Positions 63,030 to 64,000 of a DNA stretch of 64,000 bases are shown here, piece after piece (position 1 is the stretch's first letter; every line of letters starts with the position of its first letter). Position numbers and translations under genes: made by a program. Under the pieces are notes generated by a model, which was given only the letters and a program-made list of their open reading frames with translations, did no database searches and was not told the origin of the DNA. Source of the stretch: Mobula hypostoma (taxonomy: Eukaryota); assembly GCF_963921235.1 (NCBI RefSeq), contig NC_086109.1, positions 26,290,001 to 26,354,000 on the forward strand. The letters are read 5' to 3'.

Positions 63030-64000
63030 GGAACCTAATTAGGATTTTGGAAGCTCTGTTTGAGAGAAGGCTGCACAGCTTCATTCAACATGTTTTACAA
63101 TACACCAGAAGGAGTAGTTTTTGCCTCAACCTCCAAAAGTATTTAGTTGGAATTTGGGGAAATGTTGTCCATGATTTGCTGCTAAATTACAAATAATTTG
63201 TTTCGAATGTTAACATGCTTGTCTTTTCCATAGTTTCTTTTTGCATTCCAATATTAGTTGGCTTTATAATTCATGTTGTTTTTAAGCACAGTGCATGCCA
63301 GAAAAAGATATTGTTGTAAAAGTCCTACTTTGAGGCTGATTCAATTAAAGATGTGTATCTCAAAGGGTTTTTTGATTCTATACATGTGCCGTTTTTCTGT
63401 ATGGAAGTGCTTTACATATGTAGAGCAAAATATGTGCTTTCTTCCACTAAGTTTAATCTTGGCTGATGAATGATCCCAAGATATTTTAATTGGCTTCCAA
63501 AATTGTAAAGAAATTTATAAATGTGGTTGTTTACTCATCACCTAATGTAATGAGCCACCAGCTCTGAACCCACTTCAAAGTCAGTCAGTATTATCATTGA
63601 CCTCCTTGAAGGCATTTGCTTTATTGAGGGTGAGGTTGTGGTGATTACTACCTACACGTTAATTCCTCATAATACTGGAGTCATATTGAATGGAACTCAA
63701 ATTTGCCCTTAGCATTATTGCAACATGCAAATATTTTTCTAAAAGAATAGTGCAAATATTGCACGCTGGACGTACTGTCTTGATTAGAAGAAATCTGAAC
63801 TTTGTCTTGAATGTTAGGGTTGCATTGGAAGGGCTTGTGCAGTTGCAAAGGGAATATAAGCTTATCTTCACCTGCTGAGATGAATACCTGTTCTGAGCTA
63901 ATTACTGTAGCTGTCCAAGCTAATGACGGTTGACTTCAATTAGTCCATGCATAATTCTATTTGCATTGCAAAGTAAGGTCTTGTACTTAATACTCTCCAG

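Overview
Eukaryotic (vertebrate) genomic DNA. The repeat content (Penelope-like elements, CR1, Rex1/Babar-like LINEs, V-SINEs) suggests a cartilaginous fish, probably a ray; this is an inference. The window holds the last 17 coding exons (+ strand, 7022-61787) of an ELAPOR1/KIAA1324 orthologue. They splice in frame to 2340 nt (779 aa + stop): Cys-rich repeats, an MRH-like region, a TM helix and a YKYSKL tail. The 5' exons were not found and presumably lie upstream. One intron needs a non-canonical GC donor (AG|GCAAGT at 44269). The introns are packed with mobile DNA. The most striking non-genic system is a Penelope-like element (PLE) family. It has long GIY-YIG/RT-bearing copies whose 3' terminal repeat carries a minimal hammerhead ribozyme (CUGACGA...GAAAC-GUC), many ~130-140 bp TSD-flanked mini-copies starting at the ribozyme's 5' edge, and fold-back/inverted variants. 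Other oddities: an L1 ORF2 internal fragment with no 3' end flanked by a ~70-bp duplication, a hAT-like MITE with a 6-bp TSD, and a higher-order 45-bp minisatellite. Nearly all other ORFs in the track are spurious or repeat-derived. Repeat boundaries are approximate unless TSDs are given. Comparisons to human proteins are from memory, not from a search.
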